Assembly (NCBI GenBank): GCA_963785235.1
Contig: CAWAUM010000003.1
Coordinates: 384,001-448,000, forward strand
From: an uncultured delta proteobacterium
GTDB taxonomy: Bacteria > Desulfobacterota > Desulfomonilia > UBA1062
DNA length: 64,000 nt
Reading direction: 5' to 3'
Part shown: piece after piece, positions 1 through 10,874 of the stretch
Position numbering within the stretch: position 1 is the stretch's first letter
Layout of the letters: the number at the start of each line of letters is the position of its first letter
Translations under genes and position numbers: made by a program
Notes under the pieces: model-generated
The model's input: only the letters and a program-made list of their open reading frames with translations
Told to the model about the DNA's origin: nothing
Database searches by the model: none

Positions 1-174
1 GAGAGCATCTTTGCAATCCCCGGTCTCGGCAAACTCTTTTATGAGGCCATCATGATGCGCGATTACAACATGATCATGGGCAGCCTTACCATCGGCGCAG
101 TGCTTACGCTGCTGGGCAATTTGATTGCAGACATTGCCTACAGCATTGCGGACCCACGCATACGGGTGACATAA
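1..174 (+). CDS. ABC peptide/nickel transporter permease, OppB/DppB family (3' end only)
   Basis: Frame 1 reads [27 protein letters not shown]...[18 protein letters not shown], the typical OppB C-terminus; directly followed by an OppC-like gene. Confidence 0.9.
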   Translation, partial: ESIFAIPGLGKLFYEAIMMRDYNMIMGSLTIGAVLTLLGNLIADIAYSIADPRIRVT

Positions 175-175
175 T

Positions 176-1003
176 ATGGGTTTCTGGCCACGGCTCTTGA
201 AGGATAAGCTGGCAGTGATCGGGCTGTTGATCGTGCTCGGTTTTGTCGTACTGTCCGCGCTTACGCCAGCCATCGCGCCATACAACCCCAGCACCATCGA
301 TGTGAACAACATCCTGGCGCCCCCTTCGGCGGCACACTTTTTCGGCACCGACGACCTGGGCCGCGACGTGTTCACCCGCATGCTCTACGGAACAGGCATC
401 TCGCTTAAGGTGGGGTTCGTCGCAGTGGGCATTGCCGTGCTCATCGGGACCGTGCTCGGGGCCATATCGGGCTATTATGGCGGGATCCTGGATATGATCA
501 TCATGCGCTTCGTGGACATCATGCTCTGCTTCCCGTCCTTCTTCCTGATCCTGGCCGTGATCGCCTTCATGGAGCCTTCCATCTACAACATCATGGCAGT
601 CATCGGGTTCACCTCGTGGATGGGCATCACGCGCCTGGTGCGTGCCGAGTTCCTGAGCCTGAAGGAGCGTGACTTCGTGCTGGCTGTCAGGGCCATGGGC
701 GCGAGCAACATGCGCATCATCTTCGGCCACATCCTGCCCAATGCCATGGCCCCTGTGCTCGTGTCCGCCACTCTCGGCGTCGCTGCAGCAGTGCTCACCG
801 AATCCGCGCTGTCCTTTTTGGGCATCGGCGTGCAGCCGCCCACACCAAGCTGGGGAAACATGCTGACCCAGGGTCAGAACGTCCTGGGCATCGCGTGGTG
901 GCTCTCCTTTTACCCGGGTATGGCCATTTTAATCACCGTACTAGGATACAACCTGTTGGGTGAAGGCATCAGAGATGCTATAGATCCGAGGTTGAGGCAG
1001 TAG
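176..1003 (+). CDS. ABC peptide transporter permease, OppC/DppC family
   Basis: HFFGTDDLGRD motif, EAA-like loop (DFVLAVRAMGAS), ESALSFLGIG..PSWG, C-terminal GEGIRDAIDPR. Confidence 0.93.
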   Translation: MGFWPRLLKDKLAVIGLLIVLGFVVLSALTPAIAPYNPSTIDVNNILAPPSAAHFFGTDDLGRDVFTRMLYGTGISLKVGFVAVGIAVLIGTVLGAISGYYGGILDMIIMRFVDIMLCFPSFFLILAVIAFMEPSIYNIMAVIGFTSWMGITRLVRAEFLSLKERDFVLAVRAMGASNMRIIFGHILPNAMAPVLVSATLGVAAAVLTESALSFLGIGVQPPTPSWGNMLTQGQNVLGIAWWLSFYPGMAILITVLGYNLLGEGIRDAIDPRLRQ

Positions 1004-1352
1004 GGCATGACGACATTATTCATGAATATATACATTGACAAGAACACCCCCCCTCTCCCACCAGGGGAGAGGAAACCGGGCTTACCTCGAGCTCAGTTTA
1101 CGTAACCATATATCCATAACCCTTCTGCTCATCATGGTGGCCTTGAGCGCAGGCTGCGCCCACAGACCGGATGTGCCGCCGAGCCGTCAGATGGGGAAGC
1201 CGTGAGATACGTGCATACAATTTGGTCACATCTATCTGCAGCTTGTCCGAGCATACTTGCTTGCTGCCCACCATTGCTTTCCTATTCTCTGAGGATTATT
1301 ACTTCTTTATAAGCCAGTGCAATAAATACCATACCAATGGAGCATATAGTTA

Positions 1353-3209
1353 ATGTCTCAACCGCAAGATTATGAAAAAACCATAAAAGAAATAGAGATC
1401 CTGAGACAGCGGGTTTATGAACTCGAGGCCTCGGAAACTCGTCTGAAACAGGCCGAGGAAGAGCTACAGGCCTCGGAGAAGAAATACCGTACCATCTTTG
1501 AAAACACAGGCGCGGCCACCATCCTCATCGAGGCGGATACGGTTATCACCATGGCAAATACGGAGTTCGAAAAGCTCACTGGCTTTTCCCGTAAGGAAAT
1601 CGAAGGCGCCATGTCCTGGGTCAACTTCATCCACTATGAGGATCGTCCCAGGATGGTCGACTACCACAACCTCCGCCGCGTCAATCCCGCATTGGCACCG
1701 AGAAACTACGAATGCCGGTTCATCAACAGATCCGGCAGGACACTCACCTGCTACCTTACGGTAGCGGTACTACCCGGAACAACCCGGAGCATCGCATCGT
1801 TCCTGGACATCACCGATATGCGTGAGGCGGAAAAGGCACTGAAGGCCCAGGAAGAACAGTACCGCCTGCTCGTGGAAACCATGAACGACGGCATCGGTGT
1901 GCAGGACGCGCATGGGGTCGTCACCTATGTGAACGACCGGGTCTGCGAGATGCTCGGCTACACCCGTGGCGAGATCATGGGCAGGCAAGCATCCGAACTT
2001 CTCAACGAGGCATCAAAGGGCATCTGGCTCGGTGAGATGGCCAAGCGCAAGGTCAACGAGTATGAACCGTACGAGGTGGCCTGGCAAAACCGCGATGGTG
2101 AGTTCATCCACACCATCGTGTCCCCCATGCCGCTCCACGATGCCGACGGGAACTTCACCGGCAGCTTCGCAGTGTTCACCGATATCACCAGCAGGAAAAA
2201 GGCGGAAGAGGACCTGAGGCTCTCGGAAGAAAAGTTTGCCAAGGCCTTCAGGTCGAGCCCGGATGCAGTCACCATAAGCACCCTCAAGGAAGGGCGCTTC
2301 TTGGACGTCAACGAAGGATTCCTCAAGATCACGGGTTACGACCGCAGCGAGGTGATCGACCACACGTCCATAGAGCTGGGCATCTGGCCGTCGCCTGAAT
2401 TCCGCCAGGACATCATGGGCCAGGTGACGGCCAAAGGCGGCATCAGCAATCTCGAGGTGGAATTCCGCATCAAGTCAGGCGAGCTCCGCAAGATCGTCTA
2501 TGCAGCCGAGTCCATCGACCTCCAGGGCGATCCGTGCCTCATATCCATCTTCACCGATGTCACGGAGCAGCGCCGGCTTGAGCGCGAGATCCTGGATGTG
2601 GGCGAGCGCGAGCGGCAGAAGATCGGCCAGGACCTGCACGACGACCTCCAGCAGCACCTCATCGGCATCGAAGCCCTTGCCCTGCTGCTGGAGAACCGCC
2701 TGGACCAGTCCTCAAAGCCCAATGCCTCTCTGGCACATGACATGGTCGCGCTGATCCGTGAGGCCATTGCCAAGACCCGGACCATTGCGCGAGGCCTGAG
2801 CCCGGTATACATAGACGAGGCCGCACTGTTCTCCGCCATACGGGACCTCGCCAAGCAGCTTGAATCCATCTTCGGCGTTTCCTTCCAGCTGGATGTGAGC
2901 AAAGCAGTTCATGTGAAAGACAACGCAACCGCGGTGCACCTCTTCCGCATCATCCAGGAGGCGCTCAACAATGCAGTGCGCCATGGCAAGGCCAGGCACA
3001 TCGCCATCACCCTCAAGCCAAAAAAGGGCTCCATCATGCTCTCCGTTATCGATGACGGCATCGGCCTGCCTGATGAGATCGACCCGAAAAAGGGCCTGGG
3101 CTTGAGCATCATGCGCCACCGCGCACGCATGATCGGCGCCGAGCTGGCAATCAAGAAAAACCCCAAGGGAGGGACCTCTGTCATATGTCAGCTCATTCAC
3201 GCATCATGA
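1353..3209 (+). CDS. Cytoplasmic triple-PAS sensor histidine kinase (HisKA_3, NarX/UhpB type)
   Basis: Three PAS/PAC repeats, ERQKIGQDLHDDLQQ H-box, QEALNNAVRH N-box, DDGIG and GLGL motifs; no TM segment. Confidence 0.92.
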   Translation: MSQPQDYEKTIKEIEILRQRVYELEASETRLKQAEEELQASEKKYRTIFENTGAATILIEADTVITMANTEFEKLTGFSRKEIEGAMSWVNFIHYEDRPRMVDYHNLRRVNPALAPRNYECRFINRSGRTLTCYLTVAVLPGTTRSIASFLDITDMREAEKALKAQEEQYRLLVETMNDGIGVQDAHGVVTYVNDRVCEMLGYTRGEIMGRQASELLNEASKGIWLGEMAKRKVNEYEPYEVAWQNRDGEFIHTIVSPMPLHDADGNFTGSFAVFTDITSRKKAEEDLRLSEEKFAKAFRSSPDAVTISTLKEGRFLDVNEGFLKITGYDRSEVIDHTSIELGIWPSPEFRQDIMGQVTAKGGISNLEVEFRIKSGELRKIVYAAESIDLQGDPCLISIFTDVTEQRRLEREILDVGERERQKIGQDLHDDLQQHLIGIEALALLLENRLDQSSKPNASLAHDMVALIREAIAKTRTIARGLSPVYIDEAALFSAIRDLAKQLESIFGVSFQLDVSKAVHVKDNATAVHLFRIIQEALNNAVRHGKARHIAITLKPKKGSIMLSVIDDGIGLPDEIDPKKGLGLSIMRHRARMIGAELAIKKNPKGGTSVICQLIHAS

Positions 3210-3841
3210 TCGTTGACGATCACCCCATCTTCCGCAAAGGTCTTGCACAGCTCATTGGTGAGGAGTCGGACATGGAGGTGTGCGGCGAGGCCGAGGATGT
3301 CCCTGAGGCCAAGAAACTCCTGGAACGGCTCAAGCCGGATATGGTGATTGTGGACCTCTCCCTGAAAGGGGCGAGTGGCCTTGAGCTGATAAAATATACC
3401 CATGATCTCAACCCCGGCCTGCCCGTGCTAGTCATCTCCATGCACGACGAGCAGGTGTATGCCGAGCGGGCACTGAAGGCCGGCGCCAGGGGCTATATCA
3501 TGAAGCAGGAGATGACGGGCAAGGTAGTGACAGCCATCCGCCAGGTGCTTAATGGCAAGATGTTCTTCAGCGAAGACATCGTCGACACCATCCTCGGCCG
3601 CGTCGCGGTCGCATCCTCGGCTGTCCATAAAGACCCTGTGTCCACCCTGTCGGACCGGGAGCTGGAAGTCTTCACCTTCATCGGGAGGGGTCTGGGCAGA
3701 AAGGAGATGGCTTCTGCCCTGAACGTAAGCATCAAGACCATCGGAACCTACCGGGAGAAGATCAAGGAGAAGCTCAGCATCAGAAGCTCGCCGGAGCTGG
3801 CCAAACGCGCCGTGGAATGGGTGCAGTCGCAGGGGGGATGA
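3185..3841 (+). CDS. NarL/FixJ-family response regulator (REC + LuxR HTH)
   Basis: IVDDHPIFR, DLSL, GYIMK, LSDRELEVF...SIKTIGTYR; overlaps kinase 3' end. Confidence 0.93.
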   Translation: MSAHSRIMIVDDHPIFRKGLAQLIGEESDMEVCGEAEDVPEAKKLLERLKPDMVIVDLSLKGASGLELIKYTHDLNPGLPVLVISMHDEQVYAERALKAGARGYIMKQEMTGKVVTAIRQVLNGKMFFSEDIVDTILGRVAVASSAVHKDPVSTLSDRELEVFTFIGRGLGRKEMASALNVSIKTIGTYREKIKEKLSIRSSPELAKRAVEWVQSQGG

Positions 3842-3875
3842 AATCCGGGATGGAAAGATTTATATGGTGAAATAA

Positions 3876-3976
3876 CTGGATTCCCGCCTTCGCGGGAATG
3901 ACGCATGCAAAATCTTTCGCCCCGGAATATGATACAATCAGTTTCGCGGGAATATTTGTGTTTCGCAGGAATGACG
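3876..3976. repeat. REP-like palindrome CTGGATTCCCGCCTTCGCGGGAATGAC plus degenerate half copies
   Basis: Full unit at 3876-3902; partial TTTCGCnGGAAT copies at about 3915, 3942 and 3961; same family as 5510, 6799 and 59834. Confidence 0.8.
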
Positions 3977-4121
3977 TTTTAAAGATATCGATGTACCTAG
4001 GCATTTTACCTACCCCACCCGCCTCGTTAAACACACCCCACATTCAGCCCTGTGCCGATTTTATATGAAAGCCGCCTGCCGTATAGACATACATGAGAGA
4101 AAAATATTAAGGAGGTGGCCC

Positions 4122-5462
4122 ATGAACCACAAGGAAGAATATGAAAGGAAGCTTGTAAACGCCGAGGATGCCGTACACGTGGTGAAGTCCGGTGACTGGG
4201 TCGACTACGGCCATTTCACCTGCGCGCCCACGTATCTAGATGCGGCGCTTGCCAGGAGGGCCACAGAGCTCCGCGATGTCAAAGTCCGTGCGCTAACCTT
4301 CCCGGGCACCGTGGCCATCGCCGCTGTTGACCCAGGGCAGGACCACTTCACGTACAATAACTGGCACTTCAGCGGAGGCGACCGCTCGCTGCACGACAAG
4401 GGCCTGTGCAACTATATCCCCCTGCTCTACCACGAGGGCCCTTCCCTTTACAGCATCATCGATACGGACGTCTTCATGGTGAAAGTGGCACCCATGGACA
4501 AGGACGGCAATTTCAACTTCGGCCCTTCCAACTCCATCTCGAAACATATCGCAGACCGTGCAAAGACAGTCATCGTGGAGGTGAACACGAACGTGCCCTA
4601 CTGCCACGGCGGCAGGAACGAGTCCATACACATCTCAAAGGTGGACTTTATCGTGGAGTCCGACAACAGGCCCCTGTTCTGCGTGCCCGAGCCAAAAATC
4701 AGTGAGGTGGACAGGAAGATCGCATCGCTCATCGTGGAAGAAATCCCTGACGGCGGCTGCCTGCAGCTGGGCATAGGGGCCATGCCCAACGCTGTGGGCA
4801 AGCTCATCGCCGAAAGCGACCTCAAGGACCTGGGCGTGCATACCGAGATGCTCGTGGATTCCTACGTAGACATGTACATGGCAGGCCGTGTCACCAACAT
4901 GAAAAAACATGCAGACAAGGGCAAGATGGTCTACACCTTTGCGCTGGGCAGCCAGAAGCTCTATGACTTCATCGACCAGAACCGCTGCTGCGCATCCTAC
5001 TCGGTGGACTACACGAACAACCCTGAAAACATCCGCGCCAACGACAACACCATCGCCATCAACAATGCCGTGGAGGTGGACCTCTTCTGTCAGGTGTCTT
5101 CCGAATCTTCAGGCACGCGCCAGATCTCGGGCACGGGCGGCCAGTTCGATTTCGTGTTCGGTGCCTTCCATTCAAAGGGCGGCAAGTCCATCATCTGCCT
5201 GACCTCAACCACCAAGGACAAGAACGGCACGGTGAAATCACGCATCCGCCCCATGCTCGAGCCCGGCTCCATCGTCACCGTGCCGCGGACCATCGTGCAT
5301 TACGTGGTAACCGAATACGGCAAGGCCATGCTCAAGGGCAAGAGCACCTGGGAACGGGCCGAGGCGCTCATCAACATCGCCCACCCCGACTTCCATGACG
5401 AACTCATCTGCGAGGCAGAGAGGATGGGCATATGGAGAAGGTCCAATAGGCTGGCAGCGTAG
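4122..5462 (+). CDS. Acetyl-CoA hydrolase/transferase family protein, butyryl-CoA:acetate or 4-hydroxybutyrate CoA-transferase-like
   Basis: [17 protein letters not shown] (catalytic Glu), [22 protein letters not shown]; AGGAGG RBS before ATG 4122. Confidence 0.9.
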   Translation: MNHKEEYERKLVNAEDAVHVVKSGDWVDYGHFTCAPTYLDAALARRATELRDVKVRALTFPGTVAIAAVDPGQDHFTYNNWHFSGGDRSLHDKGLCNYIPLLYHEGPSLYSIIDTDVFMVKVAPMDKDGNFNFGPSNSISKHIADRAKTVIVEVNTNVPYCHGGRNESIHISKVDFIVESDNRPLFCVPEPKISEVDRKIASLIVEEIPDGGCLQLGIGAMPNAVGKLIAESDLKDLGVHTEMLVDSYVDMYMAGRVTNMKKHADKGKMVYTFALGSQKLYDFIDQNRCCASYSVDYTNNPENIRANDNTIAINNAVEVDLFCQVSSESSGTRQISGTGGQFDFVFGAFHSKGGKSIICLTSTTKDKNGTVKSRIRPMLEPGSIVTVPRTIVHYVVTEYGKAMLKGKSTWERAEALINIAHPDFHDELICEAERMGIWRRSNRLAA

Positions 5463-5469
5463 GTTATCC

Positions 5470-5604
5470 GGCCGTATACAAACCTCGAAGTGAGATAGCC
5501 ACCTCCTGCGTCATTCCCGCGAAGGCTTCGAATCCAGTCTCTTCAAGAACTTCTGGACCCCCGCCTTCGCGGGGGTGACACTTTTTGAGTTTTGTATTTG
5601 CATC
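5470..5604. repeat. REP-doublet element with imperfect terminal inverted repeats (MITE-like)
   Basis: GTCATTCCCGCGAAGGC..GAATCCAG at 5510-5537 and inverted CTGGACCCCCGCCTTCGCGGGGGTGAC at 5553-5579; ends ATACAAACCTC / GAGTTTTGTAT. Confidence 0.7.
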
Positions 5605-5756
5605 AAACGCTATAAATCCCTCATGTCCTCCCTTTTCAAAAAAGCAGCAATCTGCATGCATGGATCAATCACAGGATATCAACTGCCTTATGATTCAGTT
5701 TCCAGAAGACACCGGGACATAATTGCAATATACCTTTGTGATTACGGAGGAAGACC

Positions 5757-6764
5757 ATGACCAGAAGCGCCGACTTCGCGCACCTCACACCCGAGGTGCT
5801 GCTCGATGTAATAGAGGATGCCACGGGCATACCCATGACCGGGCTTACCATGCCGCTGCCCAGCTATATCAACCGGGTCTACGAGCTTCAGAGCAAGGCG
5901 GGCGAGCGCCTCATCGCCAAGTTCTACCGGCCCGGGCGCTGGAGCAAGGAGGCCCTCGAGGACGAGCACCAATTCCTGGCCGACTGCGCGGAAGACGAGA
6001 TACCCGTGGTATGCCCCCTGAAGCTCTCCGACGGCAGCACCCTGGGAAAGACCGACAGCACGTATTTCGCTCTGTTTCCCAAAAAGGCCGGACGCGCCTT
6101 TGAGCTGAACAACGATGAAGACTGGACACGGGTGGGCACGCTCATCGGGCGCATCCACCTGGCAGGCGAGCGGCGCAACACCCCAGGACAGGATCACCCT
6201 GCTCCCCCTGAAATCCACCCGGGACGACCTGGATTACCTCATCAGAGGGCGGGTTCGTCACCCCCGAGCACAAGAGCGCCTTTACGGACCTGACATCGAG
6301 CATCGTCGAAGGCTATCTCCGGCCTCTTTGACGGCGCCGAACTGATCCGCATCCATGGGGACTGCCACAGGGGCAACCTCCTTGAACGTCCGGGCGAGGG
6401 GCTCATGGTGATCGATTTCGACGACATGATGGTGGGCCCCCCTGTCCACGACCTCTGGCTGCTCCTGCCCGACCATGCGGGCCATTCGCGCCGCGAGATC
6501 GACCTTCTGCTCACGGGCTATGAGCAGTTCCGCGAGTTCGACCACTCATCCGTCCTCCTCATAGAGCCCTTGCGGTTCATGCGCATCGTCTATTTCCTGG
6601 CCTGGTGGGCAAGGCAGGCAGACGATTTCGACTTCAGGAACAACCACCCCGACTGGGGCACCGACGCCTTCTGGAACAAGGAGATCCTTGACCTTAACCA
6701 CCAGTTCCAGGTCATCATGGAGCACAAGGTGGCATGGGAGGAAGGCAGGTTCTTCGGGGAGTGA
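5757..6764 (+). CDS. srkA: Stress-response Ser/Thr kinase SrkA/RdoA (YihE); apparent frameshifts at about 6180-6320
   Basis: N-terminal SYINRVY, AKFYRPGRWS..EHQF; IHGDCHRGNLL at about 6351; IDFDD and DLWLLL in the downstream frame. Confidence 0.85.
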
Positions 6765-6798
6765 AACCTTATTGGGCTAACTGCAAGTCTCTCCATCC

Positions 6799-6909
6799 GT
6801 CATTCCCGCGGAAGCGGGAATCCAGTATTTATCAGGATCCCTGGGTCCCCGCTTTCGCGGGGACGACAAAAAACACCCTTTAGCGACCGCCTCCTTCGCG
6901 GGGGGTGAC
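6799..6909. repeat. REP-doublet element plus a partial third unit, between convergent genes
   Basis: GTCATTCCCGCGGAAGCGGGAATCCAG at 6799-6825, CTGGGTCCCCGCTTTCGCGGGGACGAC at 6841-6867, partial copy at 6893-6909. Confidence 0.8.
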
Positions 6910-7003
6910 GCCTATAATGAGTATGCAATTATCTTTTCAGATCTGAAGGGTTTTTTAGATGAATCTCAGGTTGGGTTCGTTTTTCGCTCACCCCTTTGAA
7001 CCA

Positions 7004-8303
7004 TCACCGCAAGGCTATTTTATGAAGGAGCCGCTTCATGCGGTGTTCCAGGGATTGACGTTCCGTCTCGGCCAGATGCCTGGCTTCATCGAGGATCCTT
7101 TGCATGAGCTCCATAGCCAAACCCAGTTCCCGGGCGTGGTGCTCATACCATTTGGCAAGCTCTTCTGCGGCAAACACGTCATGCGGGTGCATGGCGATGA
7201 TGTCTTTCCACAAGCTGACAGCCTCCTCCCACTGAAGTGCCCTTTTGTGGATGAGCGAGAGCGATTTCCGTGCGTTCAGCGCTACCTCCGGCTGTGTACA
7301 TCCCTTCAGCGGCTCGAGCATCCGCCTGGCCGATTCAAGGTCGCCCCGGTCGTGATGCAGCCGCGCCGCGCACAGGAGGTCGCCGGGATGGGCCTCAGGC
7401 ATTTCATGGCCGCCTTCCACAAGGCCGGCCAGGTGCTTCAAAAGCGATGCCATGGACACGATGTCCAGCCGGTTGTGGCGGAACACTGCATCCATGAGCC
7501 TGCCGTCGCGCCTCTTGAGCCAGTCGAAATAGCGCTGGGGTATCTCGTAGCCCGGCACGTCGTCTTCACGCCTGACGCCCAGCACATGGGCCTCGATGGT
7601 CACGAGCCTGGCATTCTCCAGGCGGTGCGCAAGCATCCTCCTGCTCGGGTGCAGCAGGTCGATGTGCGGCATGCCCGACGAGCACGTCTTGTGCGCGGTT
7701 GAGGATGTACCGGCTGGAAAGCAGGTTCAGGTCATAGGCGCGTCCGTTGAAGGTCACCAGGAACCTCTTTGAGGATGCCAGCTCGCTCAGGAATGCAAGC
7801 ATGGACCTCTCTTCGGAGAAGTCGCGGGCAAAGAGCTGGCTGGTAATGAACGTGCCCTTTTCAAACCACCCGAGCCCGATGAGGAAAGGGAACGTCCCGG
7901 TGCCTCCTGCCAGGCCGGTGGTCTCGGTGTCGAGGAACAGGCCGTCCTCAAGCGAGAAACCCCTGAGCGCCTGGGTGCCTGCAAGGAAGGCTGCCGTGTC
8001 CATGCTCAAGCAGGCAAGATCGCCCACCCGTGAATGCCCGTGGAAATCCTTTTCCGTAAGGGTGCTGCGCGAGCAGAAGAACCTGCCGTGCTCCGTTTCC
8101 AACTCTTCGCCCTCAACCACCCGCTCCAGCGCGACCGCTGCGCTTCTCGGCTGAGGTGCAATTGCCGGGGTAATATGCTCCCTGCGGTTCATGACCTCTT
8201 CGATCCGTCTGCGCAGCTCGCTTATGCGTTCCTGCTTGGGATCTGCCTGGACGGACTTGACACCATCTCCGGTGAGGCGGTTTATCCGGTCCTTGAGGCT
8301 CAT
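7004..8303 (-). CDS. yprB: YprB/MrfB-like DEDD exonuclease (RNase_H_2) with C-terminal TPR region; frameshift at about 7680
   Basis: FLDTETTGL, TFNGRAYD, then HIDLLHPSRR, DDVPGYEIP, HNRLDI and ELAKWYEH in the second frame; ATGA overlap with the helicase. Confidence 0.85.
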
Positions 8304-10662
8304 GACTTGTCCATGAGAGAAAGGATGGCAAGGGAGGCGGCCTTGGCGGTCAGCCCCACCTCCAACGACGGCCCCACGCACATGGGGCACCCGTGGTCGC
8401 ACGGGCACGTTTTGATGAGCGAGTGAGCCGCAAGGATCAGTTCGTCATGCCTGTACGAACAGGAGGTCTGAGAACCCGATGCCGCCAGGGTAGGCGTCGA
8501 AGATGAAAATTGTCGGGTCATAGGCGTTTTCCATGACATTCATGGGCTGGCCGGGCGTTGCGGTGATGACCCTTTTATCCTTGCCGTAGCGCACGAACCA
8601 CTCGCCGCTCTTGTCGCCGATGCAGCGGTCCATGTCGCGGATGTCCGACATGACGAGCATGGCCGAGAGGTGGTGGAGGCAGTATGCCAGGCCTGAAAGT
8701 CCGTCGATGATATCCTCGCGGGAGAGCTGCAGGAAGTCCAGCAGGTCCCAGGGGATGGTGAACCAGTAGCTGGTGGTGTGCATTGCCTTTTCCGGCAGGG
8801 TCACGTCGCCGTAGCCCACGTTCTCCGAGGTGTAGAACTTGATCTTCTTGTAGCCCACCACCTTGCGCGACACCTGGACCTCGCCGTGCTCCACGATGAT
8901 GCTGCCTTTCATCTTCCTGTCGAAGTCGTCGATGACGCGGACATTGGTGTAGGTCATGGCGTCGGTGTAGTAATCCACATCCACCTTCTTCACGTATGCC
9001 TTGTTGCGCTCCAGGTCGAGCTTGTCCACGTGGTACTGCTGGGATTCCACCATGTAGATGGCCCCGTCGTGCACCGTGGTGAAGGCGCTGTCCCAGTCCA
9101 CCTCCGCGATCACCTTGTGGCTGGCGGTGTCGGTGGTGTCCACCACCACCACGTTCTCGGGGTTGATGGTGCGCAGGCTCACCTCGTCGGCCGGATAGCT
9201 CTCGGCCGCCCAGTGCCAGCGCGCCTCCACCCGGTGGAGAACACCCTTTTCCTCCAGGTAGGCCAGGAGCTCCATGAGGTCTTCCTTGCCGAAACGCTCG
9301 CCCTGTTCAAAGGGCAGCTCAAAGGCGGCGCTCTTTATGTGGTGCAGCAGGATCAAGAGGTTGTCGGGATTCACCCGGCAGTGCTCCGGCGTGCGGGTGA
9401 AGAAGTAGTCCGGATTCTCCACGATGAACTGGTCCATGGGGTTGCTCTTGGCAATCAGGATGGCAAGGCTGTGCCCGGCCCTGCGCCCGGCCCTGCCCGC
9501 CTGCTGCCAGGTGCTGGCGATGGATCCAGGGTAGCCCGCCATGATGCACGCCTCCAGGTCGCCGATATCGATGCCCAGCTCCAGGGCATTGGTGCTCACC
9601 ACGCCCATGACCGTGCGGTCGCGCAAGCCCTTTTCAATGTCGCGCCTGAGGTGCGGCAGATAGCCGCCCCGGTAGCCGGTGACATAGTGGTCATCGCCGG
9701 GGATCTTTGCCCTGAAGGAATCCTTGAGGTACTTGGTGAGCACCTCCACGTTGAGCCTGCTGGTGGTGAACACGATAGTCTGTATCTTGTTGTCAATGAG
9801 GTCGCCCGCTATCTTGCGCGCAGGGGTAAGCGCAGACTGGCGGATGCCCAGCTCGCGGTTGACCATGGGCGGGTTGTAGAGGATGAAGGTCTTCTCGGCC
9901 CGGGGCGCCCCGCTCTCATCGATGAGCGCCACCTCGCGCTCCAGCAGGTTCTGGGCATGCTCCTTGGGGTTGGCCACCGTGGCCGAGCAGCAGATGAACA
10001 CCGGGTCTGCCCCGTAGAACCGGCAGATCCTCTTCAAGCGGCGGAACACGTTGGTCAGATGGCTGCCGAACACCCCGCGGTAGACGTGCAGCTCGTCCAC
10101 CACCACATATTTCAGATTGGAAAAGAGCTTCTGCCATTTGGTGTGGTGCGGCAGGATGCCGGTATGCAGCATGTCGGGGTTGGTGACCACCACATGGCCC
10201 TGCTTGCGGATGGCCTGCCGCGCGTCATCGGGCGTGTCGCCGTCATAGGTGAAGGTCTTGATGTCGGCCTTCAATTCGCCGATGAGGCCGTGCACCTCGT
10301 TCATCTGGTCATTGGCCAGGGCCTTGGTGGGAAAGAGGTAGATGGCCCGCGTCTCCGGCTCCTCCAGTATCTTCTGGAGCACCGGGATATTGTAGCACAG
10401 CGTCTTGCCGCTGGCCGTAGGCGTCACCAGGACCACGTCGCTGCCCTGCGCGCACTAGGTCGATTGCCTGTGCCTGGTGGGAATAGAGCTGCGCCATGCC
10501 GCGCCTTTGAAGCACTGCCTTCAACAGGGGGTTCACCCAGTAAGGATACGGCGCAAAACTGCCCGGCGAGGCAGGGATGTGCGTGATGGAGGTTGCATTC
10601 TCCCTGAAGCGCCGGTCGCTTTTCAAGCGGGCCAGCCATTCCTTGAGGCTTAATGTCGCCAT
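8300..10662 (-). CDS. yprA: DEAD/DEAH-box helicase YprA/MrfA (Hrq1-like) with C-terminal DUF1998 Cys cluster; frameshifts at about 10440 and 8460
   Basis: LYSHQ, TASGKT, PTKALANDQ, DELH, SAT, YRGG, ALELGID, QQAGRAGR; FDAYPGGIG and CPCDHGCPMC tail in the adjacent frame. Confidence 0.9.
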
Positions 10663-10874
10663 TGCCCTGCCTGACGGATGCATGATGAACGGTTTCGCAT
10701 GTCTGACTATAGAAACGGGTGCGAGCCGCTGTCAACTTGGAATTCTTTGGGGCCTTATTATGTGCTGATTCCAATAGCTAGGGGAAAAATATAAGGGATG
10801 CATCCATAGCTTTAATCCAAGTACCTCAAACAAGTGTTGTTTTGATTTCACTTAAAGTAAGCATCGACAACCTA

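Noticed and set aside
1007-1210. Possible small lipoprotein (ITLLLIMVALSAG-C) and CCTCTCCC/GGGGAGAGG hairpin after oppC
   Set aside because: Needs a frameshift to gain a start codon and stops soon after the Cys; cannot be told apart from a remnant or chance
3876-6909. Palindromic repeats as a CRISPR array
   Set aside because: Units are inverted doublets scattered between genes, with no regular spacers and no cas genes
8778-10586. 602-aa plus-strand ORF antisense to the helicase
   Set aside because: Shadow ORF produced by high GC3 of the real minus-strand gene; no motifs. The same applies to the many shorter antisense ORFs in the track
7004-10662. DUF1998 helicase plus nuclease as an anti-phage system (DISARM/Druantia-like)
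   Set aside because: Domain order and partner match the YprA-YprB repair pair; no methylase, phospholipase D or other defence genes nearby
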